Shown one piece after another: positions 18,167 to 26,580 of a stretch of DNA of 64,000 nt. Position 1 is the stretch's first letter, and every line of letters begins with the position of its first letter. The translations under genes were made by a program, and so were the position numbers. The stretch comes from Sphingomonadaceae bacterium (GTDB lineage Bacteria; Pseudomonadota; Alphaproteobacteria; Sphingomonadales; Sphingomonadaceae): contig JBGTHQ010000002.1 in NCBI GenBank assembly GCA_041746135.1, positions 44,823 through 108,822 of the forward strand. The letters run 5' to 3'. Under the pieces are notes generated by a model. It was not told the origin of the DNA. It made no database searches and saw only the letters and a program-made list of their open reading frames with translations.

Positions 18167-18733
18167 TTAGGCGTATGTGAGACGAGTCTTCACAGTCCGC
18201 TTACCATTTCGCACTGCGGCACCAATAAGACCAAAGCCCAAGATAAGCATGGCCCAGGTTGATGGTTCAGGAACAGCCGCCGCGATGGGCGAGGAAGTTG
18301 CATTCACAAAATTGGAAGAGCCGACCGTGCCAAATGTATTCACGCGATATTGCCTGGGTGTGCCCGAACTCTGCAAGAAGAAGCGAACGTCAAGTCCAGA
18401 TGCAGTAAAAAAGCGAGTTCCGCTGCCATCAAGGAAACCGGGACCAGTCGTGAAGTAATTGCCATAAGTACCGCCTGCTCCAAAACCTGCACCCATCAGA
18501 ACTGTAATAGCGGAGCCATTTACCATGCCTGTAATAGACAAGATAGAAAATGCTGTGTTTCCTGCAACGGTTTGGGCTGTATCAGAAGTTGTAAAGATAC
18601 CACTTCCGGAAACGGGTGGACCGAAAAGTGGCGCACTGGTGGTAAAGTCAAACATGAACTCTGCCGCCGATGCAGGTGACGCAGATAAAGCTAACGCGAG
18701 CGCAGTTGCAGCGCCTGTATATAAATTTTTCAT
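18167..18733 (-). CDS. PEPxxWA-CTERM (PEP-CTERM-type) sorting-domain secreted protein
   Basis: Signal peptide, an FMFDF (FxDxF-like) N-terminus, and the C-terminal VPEPSTWAMLILGFGLIGAAVRNGKR anchor motif. Confidence 0.8.
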   Translation of the reverse strand: MKNLYTGAATALALALSASPASAAEFMFDFTTSAPLFGPPVSGSGIFTTSDTAQTVAGNTAFSILSITGMVNGSAITVLMGAGFGAGGTYGNYFTTGPGFLDGSGTRFFTASGLDVRFFLQSSGTPRQYRVNTFGTVGSSNFVNATSSPIAAAVPEPSTWAMLILGFGLIGAAVRNGKRTVKTRLTYA

Positions 18734-18974
18734 TATGATGCTCCCCGTTTACAAGGTTTCGAACCGATAGCCTACCTGAATAAAACTACCTGAATAAAAA
18801 CTGCGCAGACCATTATAAATCTAAACGTAGGAGAGCGGACAAAGACGCATTAACTTTTTATTAAATGTTCGTGAGCGTGTCCCAAATTGGCACAGCTGGT
18901 TTTTTTAAGTGCGTTTCGTTGCTCAATTCTTTGGCAAAATGTTTTTTCATATTTGAGAGAAGAAGAAATCACCA

Positions 18975-19331
18975 CCAACTATCAATCACTTAATGTCCCG
19001 TGGCATCAAGTAGATGCACGCGTATGCCAATTCATGTCCGCTACAGATCAGGTTTATAAATCTGAACCCAAGAAAGCATTTTCAGTGGCAAAAATGCTCT
19101 CACCTAAATTCTACATAGTTTGTGTATCGCGTGGATCGCACACCAAAGAGCGGCTGGATCGCAATCTGATCAGCTGTCTTAAGATGACTTATATTTCACC
19201 CTAAACTGGCTTTCGTATGCGGGGGTCACAGGTTCGAAACCTCTAAGCGGCACCATTCTTTCAGCAGGGTAAATCAGGATTGGCTTGCAAAAGGCCGGAA
19301 GCGCGGATGCATGCGTTGGTATGGCGTGGGT
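18975..19331 (+). repeat. att-like direct repeat, copy C (degenerate tRNA 3' half at 19211-19255, both arms)
   Basis: TTTCGTATGCGGGGGTCACAGGTTCGAAACCTCTAAGCGGCACCA plus flanks align with copy A on both sides, with point changes and small indels. Confidence 0.7.
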
Positions 19332-19533
19332 CATACGTGAACATTTTTGACGATTAATGATAATCTGGCCGAGTTTCTGTTTAAAACAAAAGCTGTGCAT
19401 CGCAGGTTGCGATATAATTCTTCTCTTTGTCTGACATAAGCCAAGTTAAAGTATTTCACTTTTGTTTTTCAGGAGGAAAAGAAATTTCTGACGTCATCGC
19501 ATATTCGCTAACAGGGCATTTAGGCCGGTATTC

Positions 19534-20868
19534 CTAATTCCCCGATAGAAGCACCAGAGGTATCCGCAGGACCGTACGCAAGTCTGTTGCATCATCGGTA
19601 GCCCCAACTTCGATGGACCAATTCAGACTGGCCCGGTCTGTGACCCGGTAGGTAACACCGAATAAAAGCCGTCCGATCTGCAGGTCGCGCGTTGTGGATT
19701 CGATGGATCCCATGTTGCCCGGCGACGGATCGATCAGCCGCGTACGGGTGCGCGTGCCGAATGCCCAGCTGTGGGCATAACCTAGATTCAGCGTGGTCCG
19801 CTGGTTGAACGAGATGCCGATGCCAGCACTGGCAGAAATGGCATCGCCCGGATCGACATAGTCGATAATTACGGGCGGAATTGTAGTATTAACGCTTTTC
19901 CCCAGATTGAAAGTATAGCCAAGCGTCCCGAACAGGACAACGGGATCCGTTGGCAAAATAGCTGTTATGCTGGGCGCAATACCCCAAAACCCTGCCCCCG
20001 TAGCTGCTTCTTGCGCGCGGCCAAAATCATCGCGTTCTATGGAAAACGGGTCTGTTCCTGTTGGAATTACGCCCTGCAGATTGGCAATCACGTAAGGTGA
20101 ACCGTTGCCGCCATCGTTAAGCTGATAACGCGCGGTCAATTCGATATCGCCAATCCCGTTGCCCTTGACTGAATTATCGATGGTTGCCGCAGGATCATTG
20201 GGAGTGCTTCCGGCAACGGGCGCAATAATAGAGGTGTCCGAACGATATACATACGGCATACGGATACCCAGTTCGAGACGATCGGTAAGTCCGTATCGAA
20301 GAGCAGCGGATCCCGTTATCAGATCCTGGCGACTTTCGTTTATATCAAATACGCCGACCAAAACCGCCTCTACCAATTCAATACCGCGAAACACGGCGCG
20401 ATTGCGATCGGCACGGGCATATTCAATCTGCCACTCGCTTGTCAGCTGTCCCTTGCGGGTCACCACGCTTCCCTGACTGTCGAGGACGGCAAGCTGTATC
20501 TGCGCTTCATCTTCTTCAGGGGCCTGCCCAACCCGTTCAAGTTTTGGCAGCGGTGTCTGTAACACCCCAGAAGGATCGCCTGCTGGCCCCGGGGCAGCGG
20601 CCTGTGCAGCGACGACACCCGGAGCGGGCAGAGCTGCGGATGCCTGTGCATGAGCATTTAAATCACGGCTCGCGAGACGATTTTCCAGATCAGTCAGACG
20701 CGCGTCCTGTCGGTCCAGTCGTTCTTGTTGCGCCTGTATCAGGAGAAGCGCATCCTCAAGCTGTTCTTGCGTATTTTTGGTTTGCATTTCTTGTTCCGCT
20801 AGTGCGGGAACAGACGAAATAAAAGGAACGGAAATGCCTATTGCCAGAGCAGTACGGAAAGAATTCAT
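19534..20868 (-). CDS. Outer-membrane secretion pore, FapF-like architecture (signal peptide, coiled coil, Ala/Pro linker, beta-barrel)
   Basis: MNSFRTALAIGISVPFISSVPALA, then EQLEDALLLIQAQQERLDRQDARLTDLENRL (heptad-like), then an A/P-rich linker, then ~300 aa of alternating beta-strand-like sequence. A GGGGGA RBS is present. Confidence 0.7.
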   Translation of the reverse strand: MNSFRTALAIGISVPFISSVPALAEQEMQTKNTQEQLEDALLLIQAQQERLDRQDARLTDLENRLASRDLNAHAQASAALPAPGVVAAQAAAPGPAGDPSGVLQTPLPKLERVGQAPEEDEAQIQLAVLDSQGSVVTRKGQLTSEWQIEYARADRNRAVFRGIELVEAVLVGVFDINESRQDLITGSAALRYGLTDRLELGIRMPYVYRSDTSIIAPVAGSTPNDPAATIDNSVKGNGIGDIELTARYQLNDGGNGSPYVIANLQGVIPTGTDPFSIERDDFGRAQEAATGAGFWGIAPSITAILPTDPVVLFGTLGYTFNLGKSVNTTIPPVIIDYVDPGDAISASAGIGISFNQRTTLNLGYAHSWAFGTRTRTRLIDPSPGNMGSIESTTRDLQIGRLLFGVTYRVTDRASLNWSIEVGATDDATDLRTVLRIPLVLLSGN

Positions 20869-20881
20869 CCCTATTTCCCCC

Positions 20882-21640
20882 TTATTTACGAGTCAGTAAA
20901 CCATCGATTATCAAGCTGTCAATTCGAAGTGCCCCCGATCCCAACAAGGTCGCTTCTGCATTGCGAAGATCAATATTGATGGAGGTCTGCGTATCGATTA
21001 TCCGGTCGCTCCCCGCATTGGTTATGACGGATCCGAACGCATGCCCCGCCAGATGCCGGATGCTTATGTCGCTCGCTTGGAGTTGCGCGCTGGCCAAACC
21101 TTGCTGCGAGGACTGACTGATCGTGCCGTTGTCCGTTGCAATATCATGGCCGTTTGCAGACAATTCGGCAAACGCCGAATTCTCACCCGCTTCAGGAGGC
21201 GCAAAGGTGACACTGATTGACGGTGCATTTCGCGATTGCGTGATGTGAACGCCTGAACGACTGTCAAAACTGATAATCGGTGCTTCCGACGCGTTGCTCG
21301 TCGAAGTCGATGTTGCTCCGGAAGTCGGTGCGGCGACCGGTTCACCCGGTTTAGGTGCAAATACGGAAAACTGCGGAGATCCCTGATCCAAACGAAAAAC
21401 GGTCCTGAGAACAATAGCGCCGTCGATGGCCGTTTGTGATTGCACCGTGAGGGCCACATCGACCCCGTTCGGCAGTTTGAAGCCGCCTCGGTGCGCCGAA
21501 AGCTCAATTTCCGGGAGCGGCACATATTCGTCGGCAAACACGCGCTCTTGATCGGACTGAGGAGCATCAGAATAGGTCGTTTGCACGTCATCAGCCAGAG
21601 GGGCATATTCGAGCGCTGCTGCAAGGGCCAGTAAGATCAT
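20882..21640 (-). CDS. Hypothetical secreted protein in the FapE position (252 aa)
   Basis: Its start overlaps the C39 gene stop (TGATG at 21640). Ser/Thr/Ala-rich. Assignment rests on size and position only. Confidence 0.55.
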   Translation of the reverse strand: MILLALAAALEYAPLADDVQTTYSDAPQSDQERVFADEYVPLPEIELSAHRGGFKLPNGVDVALTVQSQTAIDGAIVLRTVFRLDQGSPQFSVFAPKPGEPVAAPTSGATSTSTSNASEAPIISFDSRSGVHITQSRNAPSISVTFAPPEAGENSAFAELSANGHDIATDNGTISQSSQQGLASAQLQASDISIRHLAGHAFGSVITNAGSDRIIDTQTSINIDLRNAEATLLGSGALRIDSLIIDGLLTRK

Positions 21641-22341
21641 CAGAAATCTCCGTAAAATGGGGCAGTTAGCGAGAGAGCCTGTTGACTGACAGGCTCGGTC
21701 ATCAGCGAACCTGCTGGCGCGCGATTATACGCGCTCCATTGCGCCGCCCGATTGAATTTGTTTTTGGCAAGCTGCTGTTCGTTGGCAATCACGAAATATA
21801 TGCCGTTCCATGCGGACTCAAAGTCTTTGCGATCCATGATCGTTAATCCTGTCGACGGATCGCCCAATAGGATTTCGGCACCGCTTACACCTTTGACGAC
21901 CACAAAATGGCGATAATTCTTTATGGAAATCAGCGCTATTCCCGGAACGCCGGTTTCGGCTATTTTATCCAGAGTGACTTCATACCCGTTGGCATTGAGC
22001 CCGTGGCTGGCCAGCCAGCGTTTCATATCCAGCAAGGAGAAACCGACCTGGCGGATTTTCTGGCGATCGCCCTTTGCCCACATGCCGCGAAATGCATCAT
22101 CTTCATCGACGGCAAAATCATAATGATAGCGTAATAAAGTCGCCAGAGCGGCCGAACCGCAGCTGAAATCGAATTGCTGTCGCGTCACACCTGAAAACCG
22201 CCTGTCAACAACGCTTTTCACATTGAGCGAATAATCCCCTACCGGCATAGCGGCCGCAATGAACTGCGGTGATGTCGTCGACGCCACCGTAGGGGCGCAC
22301 CCTGTCAACAGGGTGCTGAAAAATATGTAGATCAAGCGCAT
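21640..22341 (-). CDS. C39-family cysteine peptidase lipoprotein (FapD-like)
   Basis: Lipobox LLTGC. C39 core RQQFDFSCGSAALATLLRYHY ... GIALISIKNYRHFVVVKG ... LGDPS. Confidence 0.85.
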   Translation of the reverse strand: MRLIYIFFSTLLTGCAPTVASTTSPQFIAAAMPVGDYSLNVKSVVDRRFSGVTRQQFDFSCGSAALATLLRYHYDFAVDEDDAFRGMWAKGDRQKIRQVGFSLLDMKRWLASHGLNANGYEVTLDKIAETGVPGIALISIKNYRHFVVVKGVSGAEILLGDPSTGLTIMDRKDFESAWNGIYFVIANEQQLAKNKFNRAAQWSAYNRAPAGSLMTEPVSQQALSLTAPFYGDF

Positions 22342-22775
22342 TATTGCCCGGGACTGATCGATATGTTTACGTTCATGGACGCGTTTATGGCAACATTGTT
22401 GCCCGTATTGACATTCAGTATCGAAAGACCCGATAAATTCTGGAAAGCGTTGTCGGAGACTGTAGCGTTACCCGTGACAGAATTACTCCCCACGCTGTTG
22501 CGGGAAACCCCCGCCGTTTGCGTGGCGGTGGAAGTTTGGTTCACATCCTCCCTGCCGGCAATCGCACTCAGCATTTTATCATCAATTGCGCCAGCACCGA
22601 ACAGATTATCGGCTGTATTTACGGATTGAAATATAGAGTCGTCGATCGCCAAACTGGCTAGCGTTTCGCTCGCGATTTCAGCTCCGGGTTCGTTTGCAAA
22701 AGCATTGGTCGTGATCGTGCCGAAGAATACGCCGGACAGGCACAAGGAAACTCCCGTTTTTAAAAATTTGGACAT
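22341..22775 (-). CDS. Small secreted protein with one Fap-repeat-like C-terminal module
   Basis: The start is moved to MSKFLKTG at 22775 (GGGAGAA RBS). It has a signal peptide ending AFA. The C-terminus NAFQNLSGLSILNVNTGNNVAINASMNVNISI is shared with the 468-aa protein. Confidence 0.65.
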   Translation of the reverse strand: MSKFLKTGVSLCLSGVFFGTITTNAFANEPGAEIASETLASLAIDDSIFQSVNTADNLFGAGAIDDKMLSAIAGREDVNQTSTATQTAGVSRNSVGSNSVTGNATVSDNAFQNLSGLSILNVNTGNNVAINASMNVNISISPGQ

Positions 22776-22844
22776 GCCAATTCTCCCGTCAAAAAAAAGT
22801 GCCAGCGGCGACATATAAATCGCCGCTGGCCAAAAGTGCGTTTC

Positions 22845-24251
22845 TTAGAACGATACATCGCCTGTGGAAACCGCCACGCTGACATTCGCATTTTGCGTCG
22901 CGCCTACGCCAGTATTCTGGTTGAGCGCCTGCATTCCGGCGAAATTCTGGAACGCATTGCCATCGTTGCTGATGCTGTTATCGATCGGCGCTGCAGGGCC
23001 ATCACCGCTACCATATGTGACGGTAATACCCGTAACATAGCTGGAAAGCGTTGCACTTGCGACGATCGCACTATCGCCAAAGACATTATCGGATGTAGCT
23101 GTTCCGGTATCCGCAGAATTGTCATTGTAACTATCGCTAACGGAACTGTCGTTTCCGCTATCGGCAACCCGGATCGAGTTATCGGAATTGTCCGAATTGT
23201 CCGAATTGTCGTTCCCACTGTCGGCAACATCGATAGAATTATCGTTGAAGCTGTCATTGATGGAATTGTCATTTCCACTGTCGGCAACATCGATCGAGTT
23301 GTCATTGGTGGAATTGTCATTCCCACTATCGGCTACGGCGATGGAGTTGTCATTGCCGCTGTCGTTGGTGGAATTGTCGTTTCCGCTGTCGGCAACGTCG
23401 ATAGAGTTGTCGTTCCCGCTATCATTGGTGGAATTATCGCTGCTGTCGTTGACAGAGCTACCCCCGTTGGCAGCAAAACGACCGCCATTTGCCGACGTAT
23501 TTGTGGAGTTGTCATTGCCACTATCATTGGTGGAATTGTCATTGCCACTATCGGCCACCTGTATGGAATTGTCCGAATTGTCATTGCCGCTGTCGGCGAC
23601 ATCTATCGAATTGTCGTTTTGACTGTCGGTATTTCCGCTATCCGCGACATTGGTCGAGTTGTCGTTGAAGCTGTCATTGATAGAACTATCATTCCCGCTA
23701 TCTGCAACATCGATCGAGTTGTCATTCCCGCTGTCGGCGGTGTTGGTCGAATTGTCGTTTCCGCTGTCCGCGACGTCAATCGAATTGTCCGAATTGTCAT
23801 TACCGCTATCCGCAACATCTATCGAATTATCGGAATTGTCATTACCGCTATCGGCAACATTCGTGGAATTATTCGAATTGTCGTTTCCACTGTCGGCGAC
23901 ATCGATAGAGTTGTCATTCCCGCTATCGGCAGTGTTGGTCGAACTGTCGTTCCCACTGTCCGCAACATCGATCGAATTATCCGAACTGTCGTTTCCACTG
24001 TCCGCAACGTCGATCGAATTATCCGAACTGTCGTTTCCGCTGTCGGCAACATTCGTGGAATTATTCGAATTGTCGGTATTGGTCGAAGCAGACGATCCAT
24101 TATTAGCGCCATTCTGACCGGCATTTGCAGCGCTGTTGTCCGAACCGCTGGAATCCTGCGCGGCAGCAACTCCTGGAATCGCAACGAGCAGCGCCGCTGC
24201 CGATACAGACCGAACGAGCTGATTTTTTGTCAATTTTATCATGGTAAGCAT
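22845..24251 (-). CDS. Secreted hyper-repetitive Asp/Asn/Ser protein (468 aa), presumed cargo of the Fap-like system
   Basis: Signal peptide (..AIPGVAAAQ). I count about 18 copies of xVADSGNDNS in 14-residue units. The C-terminus is NAFQNFAGMQALNQNTGVGATQNANVSVAVSTGDVSF. The start may be the second ATG at 24242. Confidence 0.8.
   Translation of the reverse strand: MLTMIKLTKNQLVRSVSAAALLVAIPGVAAAQDSSGSDNSAANAGQNGANNGSSASTNTDNSNNSTNVADSGNDSSDNSIDVADSGNDSSDNSIDVADSGNDSSTNTADSGNDNSIDVADSGNDNSNNSTNVADSGNDNSDNSIDVADSGNDNSDNSIDVADSGNDNSTNTADSGNDNSIDVADSGNDSSINDSFNDNSTNVADSGNTDSQNDNSIDVADSGNDNSDNSIQVADSGNDNSTNDSGNDNSTNTSANGGRFAANGGSSVNDSSDNSTNDSGNDNSIDVADSGNDNSTNDSGNDNSIAVADSGNDNSTNDNSIDVADSGNDNSINDSFNDNSIDVADSGNDNSDNSDNSDNSIRVADSGNDSSVSDSYNDNSADTGTATSDNVFGDSAIVASATLSSYVTGITVTYGSGDGPAAPIDNSISNDGNAFQNFAGMQALNQNTGVGATQNANVSVAVSTGDVSF
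23100..24075 (-). repeat. Coding tandem repeat, ~42-nt unit (DNSIDVADSGNDNS)
   Basis: Periodic GTCGGCAAC(A/G)TCGAT(A/C)GA(A/G)TT(A/G)TC... units. The copies differ mostly at codon third positions by eye. Confidence 0.85.
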
Positions 24252-24419
24252 CCTTTTATATTAGCCTAAGGCGCAACGGTGAAATGAAAGACTCACTGTC
24301 GTCGCGGCGCTTTGAAAATAGCGCCCTGCATTACTAGGATGATCGGAAGCAAAACCTTCCCCTCGCTTGGGAATTAACTTTGCCCTAATCCGGTAGCTTT
24401 CTCTCCCCCCATATTGGGG

Positions 24420-25556
24420 TCAGAAGGGTTTGGAATGACAAGGCCAAGTTGTGCGAACAGAGCTTTTTAAAAGCAGACATACCAATTCCGCCTGCCTGTT
24501 TGTATCGGTTTTCAAAAATACTTGTTTGAGATAAGAGCGAGCAGTCTGTATTTTGACACGCAATTCTTTTGCAGCATCCTGCAATGTACAGCCATTAGCC
24601 AGCCGACAAGCCAGTCGCGACTCCACTGGAGACAAGGCGTAAAGTTCGCACACGGGCATAATAAGAAAATCGATATCCGATTGCGGATCTATAAGGTTGA
24701 TGACGGCAACCGTGCCTGCATTTTTTATGGTCGGAAAATTGCTGCCAGAAACCGTCGCGATAAGAGGTCGCTTTAGTTTGCGGTTAATTGTTACTACGGG
24801 ACTGCAATGATTGCCTTCGAACTGGGGCCGTTTGCCAATGGCAAAAACATGCTCGATTGCAGCCTGTATGCGTAGGGTTTCTGAAAAATTGGCGCAAGCG
24901 AGCCGGTTGTTACTAAGCCAAAGTCCATTGTCGGCAATGATTAATCTTTCCGCCGCATCATTCACAAGGATAATATGGCCATCGGCATCAACCAAAATAG
25001 TTCCAGTTTCGCTGTTATTGATAGCCGCCATAAAGGCTTCCTGGCGAACATGTTCGTTCATTTGAAGATCAAGAATTTTGAAAAACGCATCGGCCGTAGG
25101 CATGAGATGCACCGCCGCGGTATTCGCTCGTATACGATCATGCGACTGAATCCGCCAGAATAAAGCCGTAATTGTAACCAGGGTTTTGTGTGCGAAGAAT
25201 TTGATCGTCAGCAATTCTCGCGAAGTGCCTGTTTGTTCAGGGGCAACCCAGAACAGTTTCGTTTCGATGTTTTCAGCGGAAAGCGAAGCCTGCGCTGCAT
25301 CAAACATTTCCTGTTCAATGATGGGATTTTCAAAACAGCTTTTTGGTTCGTTTATAAATCGCGTTTTACGGTCAGGATAATGCAGCGCGATCAAGATTGC
25401 ATCCGCAGCCAGTTCTTTTAGTATTTCCTTGGCAAAATCGCCAAATGGTTCATGTATTTCATCCGCAAAGTCAAACTCTTCAAACTCCAAAGAAGAATGC
25501 ACAAGCATTTCTGGAGAAAAAGAATTCGCAATTGATTGAACCATTTCGACAGACAT
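24420..25556 (-). CDS. LuxR-family transcriptional regulator with PAS-like sensor domain
   Basis: C-terminal LSPVESRLACRLANGCTLQDAAKELRVKIQTARSYLKQVFLKTDTNRQAELV (HTH_LuxR). Central ETGTILVDADGHIILVNDAAERLI (PAS-like). The start is moved to the ATG at 25556 (GGAGAGG RBS). Confidence 0.85.
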   Translation of the reverse strand: MSVEMVQSIANSFSPEMLVHSSLEFEEFDFADEIHEPFGDFAKEILKELAADAILIALHYPDRKTRFINEPKSCFENPIIEQEMFDAAQASLSAENIETKLFWVAPEQTGTSRELLTIKFFAHKTLVTITALFWRIQSHDRIRANTAAVHLMPTADAFFKILDLQMNEHVRQEAFMAAINNSETGTILVDADGHIILVNDAAERLIIADNGLWLSNNRLACANFSETLRIQAAIEHVFAIGKRPQFEGNHCSPVVTINRKLKRPLIATVSGSNFPTIKNAGTVAVINLIDPQSDIDFLIMPVCELYALSPVESRLACRLANGCTLQDAAKELRVKIQTARSYLKQVFLKTDTNRQAELVCLLLKSSVRTTWPCHSKPF

Positions 25557-26183
25557 AAACCCTCTCCACGCATGCAAAGCCCCTCTATTGAGGGTACATT
25601 GCTGTTAAATTTACATGCGACCCAGCAAACTAAAACGTTGCTGAATTTTCGAATAGGGAAATTCCGCTGTCGTTTTGCAGGCTGGCAACCAAATATGCGA
25701 CTCGATAACCCACTTTATGTTTTTTTTGTTCTCCGGTAAAGCGAAAATACCTCGAAATCCTACTATTTGCAGCTAGTTCATATAGATTAGCAACATAGAT
25801 TGCATTTCACATTTTTTCCTTTTCGCATTATTCATTTAATATTCATTGTATGAAATCGTCACCAGGCCAATATATTTTTCAAGGGCGATATCGTGATTGC
25901 GTGCCAGCACGAAGAAGGCGCTGTTAGGGACGATCCTTGGTGGCTATTCGTGAGACTATCAGCCAACGCCTGAATGCGCTCTGTTTCCGTTTCTGAATAC
26001 ATCCGCCCTCAGGGTAAATTAAAGGATTTGCGCTCTAAAGAGTGATGCAAATTTGCCTATCCTTGCTCACAAACACTTAAATGAGGTGGTAAAAGGGGCG
26101 AGAACGCTCTTGGTGCGCTTGCTAGCTGATGCGGGAAATTCATAAAGTAAGGCTTTTTTGCTTTAGTACCTACTACCTCATCA

Positions 26184-26565
26184 TTAAAGCAATGCCGCAA
26201 TCATCTTTTGCTGGAACGCGCGCGCATTATTTTGGCCCAAACGCAATTCGTCCTCATGCAAATGCAGTGTGGAACGGCCACCTGCCATCACCATTCCGGC
26301 ATCGCAAGAACCGCACAGCGTGGTCAGGTCGTGAACAGCGGTGATGAGCGTCAGTCCTTCACTGACCATGTTTCTTAAGGCACTTCTCACATCGAATGCA
26401 GCCACAAGGATCGAGCCAATTAAACGGTTCGTCCAGTATCATAATCGGAGTAGGTTTGGCGAAGGCAGCCCACACATAATTCTTATGCTGATACCGAAAT
26501 AATTCTATCACTGACTTTGAGAGTAAACGATTTTTATCATAGGTCGTTAACGCAAAAACTCTCAT
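26184..26565 (-). pseudogene. ABC-transporter ATPase relic (C-terminal half, frameshifted)
   Basis: Two frames: ..PTPIMILDEPFNWLDP (Walker B/D-loop), then ..EGLTLITAVHDLTTLCGSCDAGMVMAGGRS (H-loop region). No Walker A lies upstream. Confidence 0.5.
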
Positions 26566-26580
26566 CCGCAGTATATTACA

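Noticed and set aside
18887-19204. 105-aa plus-strand ORF between the PEP-CTERM gene and att copy C
   Set aside because: It lies largely within the conserved left arm of the att repeat (homologous non-coding DNA at 5990-6190). It has no RBS and an odd composition.
23100-24075. Regular ~42-nt periodicity that could be mistaken for a CRISPR array
   Set aside because: There is no alternation of conserved repeats with unique spacers. The whole stretch is one open reading frame encoding a 14-residue peptide repeat, and no cas genes are present.
22836-24269. 477-aa plus-strand ORF (Ile/Val/Arg/Gly-rich, periodic), and several 70-155-aa ORFs in other frames across 22904-24184
   Set aside because: They are mirror or alternate frames of the 42-nt tandem repeat. 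The minus-strand frame has a signal peptide, an RBS, operon context and a non-repetitive C-terminus shared with the neighbouring gene, so these are shadow ORFs.
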